The notes below the pieces were generated by a model. It was not told where the DNA came from. It was given only the letters and a program-made list of their open reading frames with translations, and did not search any database. Of a stretch of DNA of 37,461 nucleotides, positions 37,205 through 37,461 are shown piece after piece (position 1 is the first letter of the stretch; each line of letters begins with the position of its first letter). Position numbers and translations under genes: made by a program. Source of the DNA: Elusimicrobiales bacterium (GTDB lineage Bacteria > Elusimicrobiota > Elusimicrobia > Elusimicrobiales > UBA9959); assembly GCA_049972095.1 (NCBI GenBank), contig JBMFKQ010000014.1, positions 1 to 37,461 on the forward strand, given 5' to 3'.

Positions 37205-37250
37205 ATAGTGAAAGACACTATCATCTAACTATATATTAGTAAAACTTATA
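37205..37250. promoter_or_regulatory. Two 6-5-6 inverted repeats upstream of hypC; candidate LysR/other operator sites
   Basis: ATAGTG-aaaga-CACTAT (37205-37221, perfect) and TATTAG-taaaa-CTTATA (37234-37250, one mismatch, contains T-N11-A). Confidence 0.45.
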
Positions 37251-37461
37251 GATACCGGTCAAATAGCCTGACAAAAATGGGTGTGCAACATCAACAGAAT
37301 AAACCTCAAAGACCAAAAAAATTATCTTGTTTGAAATACATTGTCTTTGTTCTAACAAAAGGGAACTAAATTATCCTTCATATCTAAAATTCAAAATCTC
37401 CACAAAATTTTCTATTTAATCTTCTTTATTATCTTTGAGTCGCAATTACTGAACGAAGCGC

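Noticed and set aside
37414..37461. 3' end of an upstream minus-strand gene at the right edge
   Set aside because: Two frames are open (ALRSVIATQR* or ASFSNCDSKIIKKIK*); too short to assign.

Overview
AT-rich bacterial chromosomal window with very tight gene packing, almost all on the minus strand. The gene content tentatively suggests an anaerobe such as Elusimicrobiota; this is from recall and unverified. Left to right: a decayed pseudogene flanked by 7-bp repeat arrays; anmK; a radical SAM/SPASM gene overlapping head-to-head with a GT4 glycosyltransferase; a WD40 protein; an operon read rightmost first (C39-like peptidase, peptide-binding lipoprotein, nth, LipM-like ligase, queF, methyltransferase); an alpha/beta hydrolase and a DUF4405-like gene; an ileS-lspA operon; two single-domain response regulators; tRNA-Leu(CAA); DUF948, cNMP-binding, AI-2E and YjbQ genes; an envelope operon (M23, bactofilin, SurA_N, ABC pair, NodB deacetylase, SplB-like radical SAM); tRNA-Glu(TTC); a membrane-anchored STI1/DP-repeat-like protein; and a hydrogenase maturation operon hypC-hypD-lysR-hypE-(membrane ORF)-hypF. 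The most striking observation is the tail of the ileS-lspA operon. It encodes a TPR lipoprotein, a divergent GT-C fusion, a peptidase-MA-like lipoprotein lacking HExxH, and an intact P1B-ATPase homologue that has lost essentially every catalytic and metal-binding motif plus its N domain. These may form a candidate envelope system built from pseudo-enzymes. No CRISPR array, transposase, integrase or rRNA was seen. All family calls rest on motif recognition by eye, not database searches.
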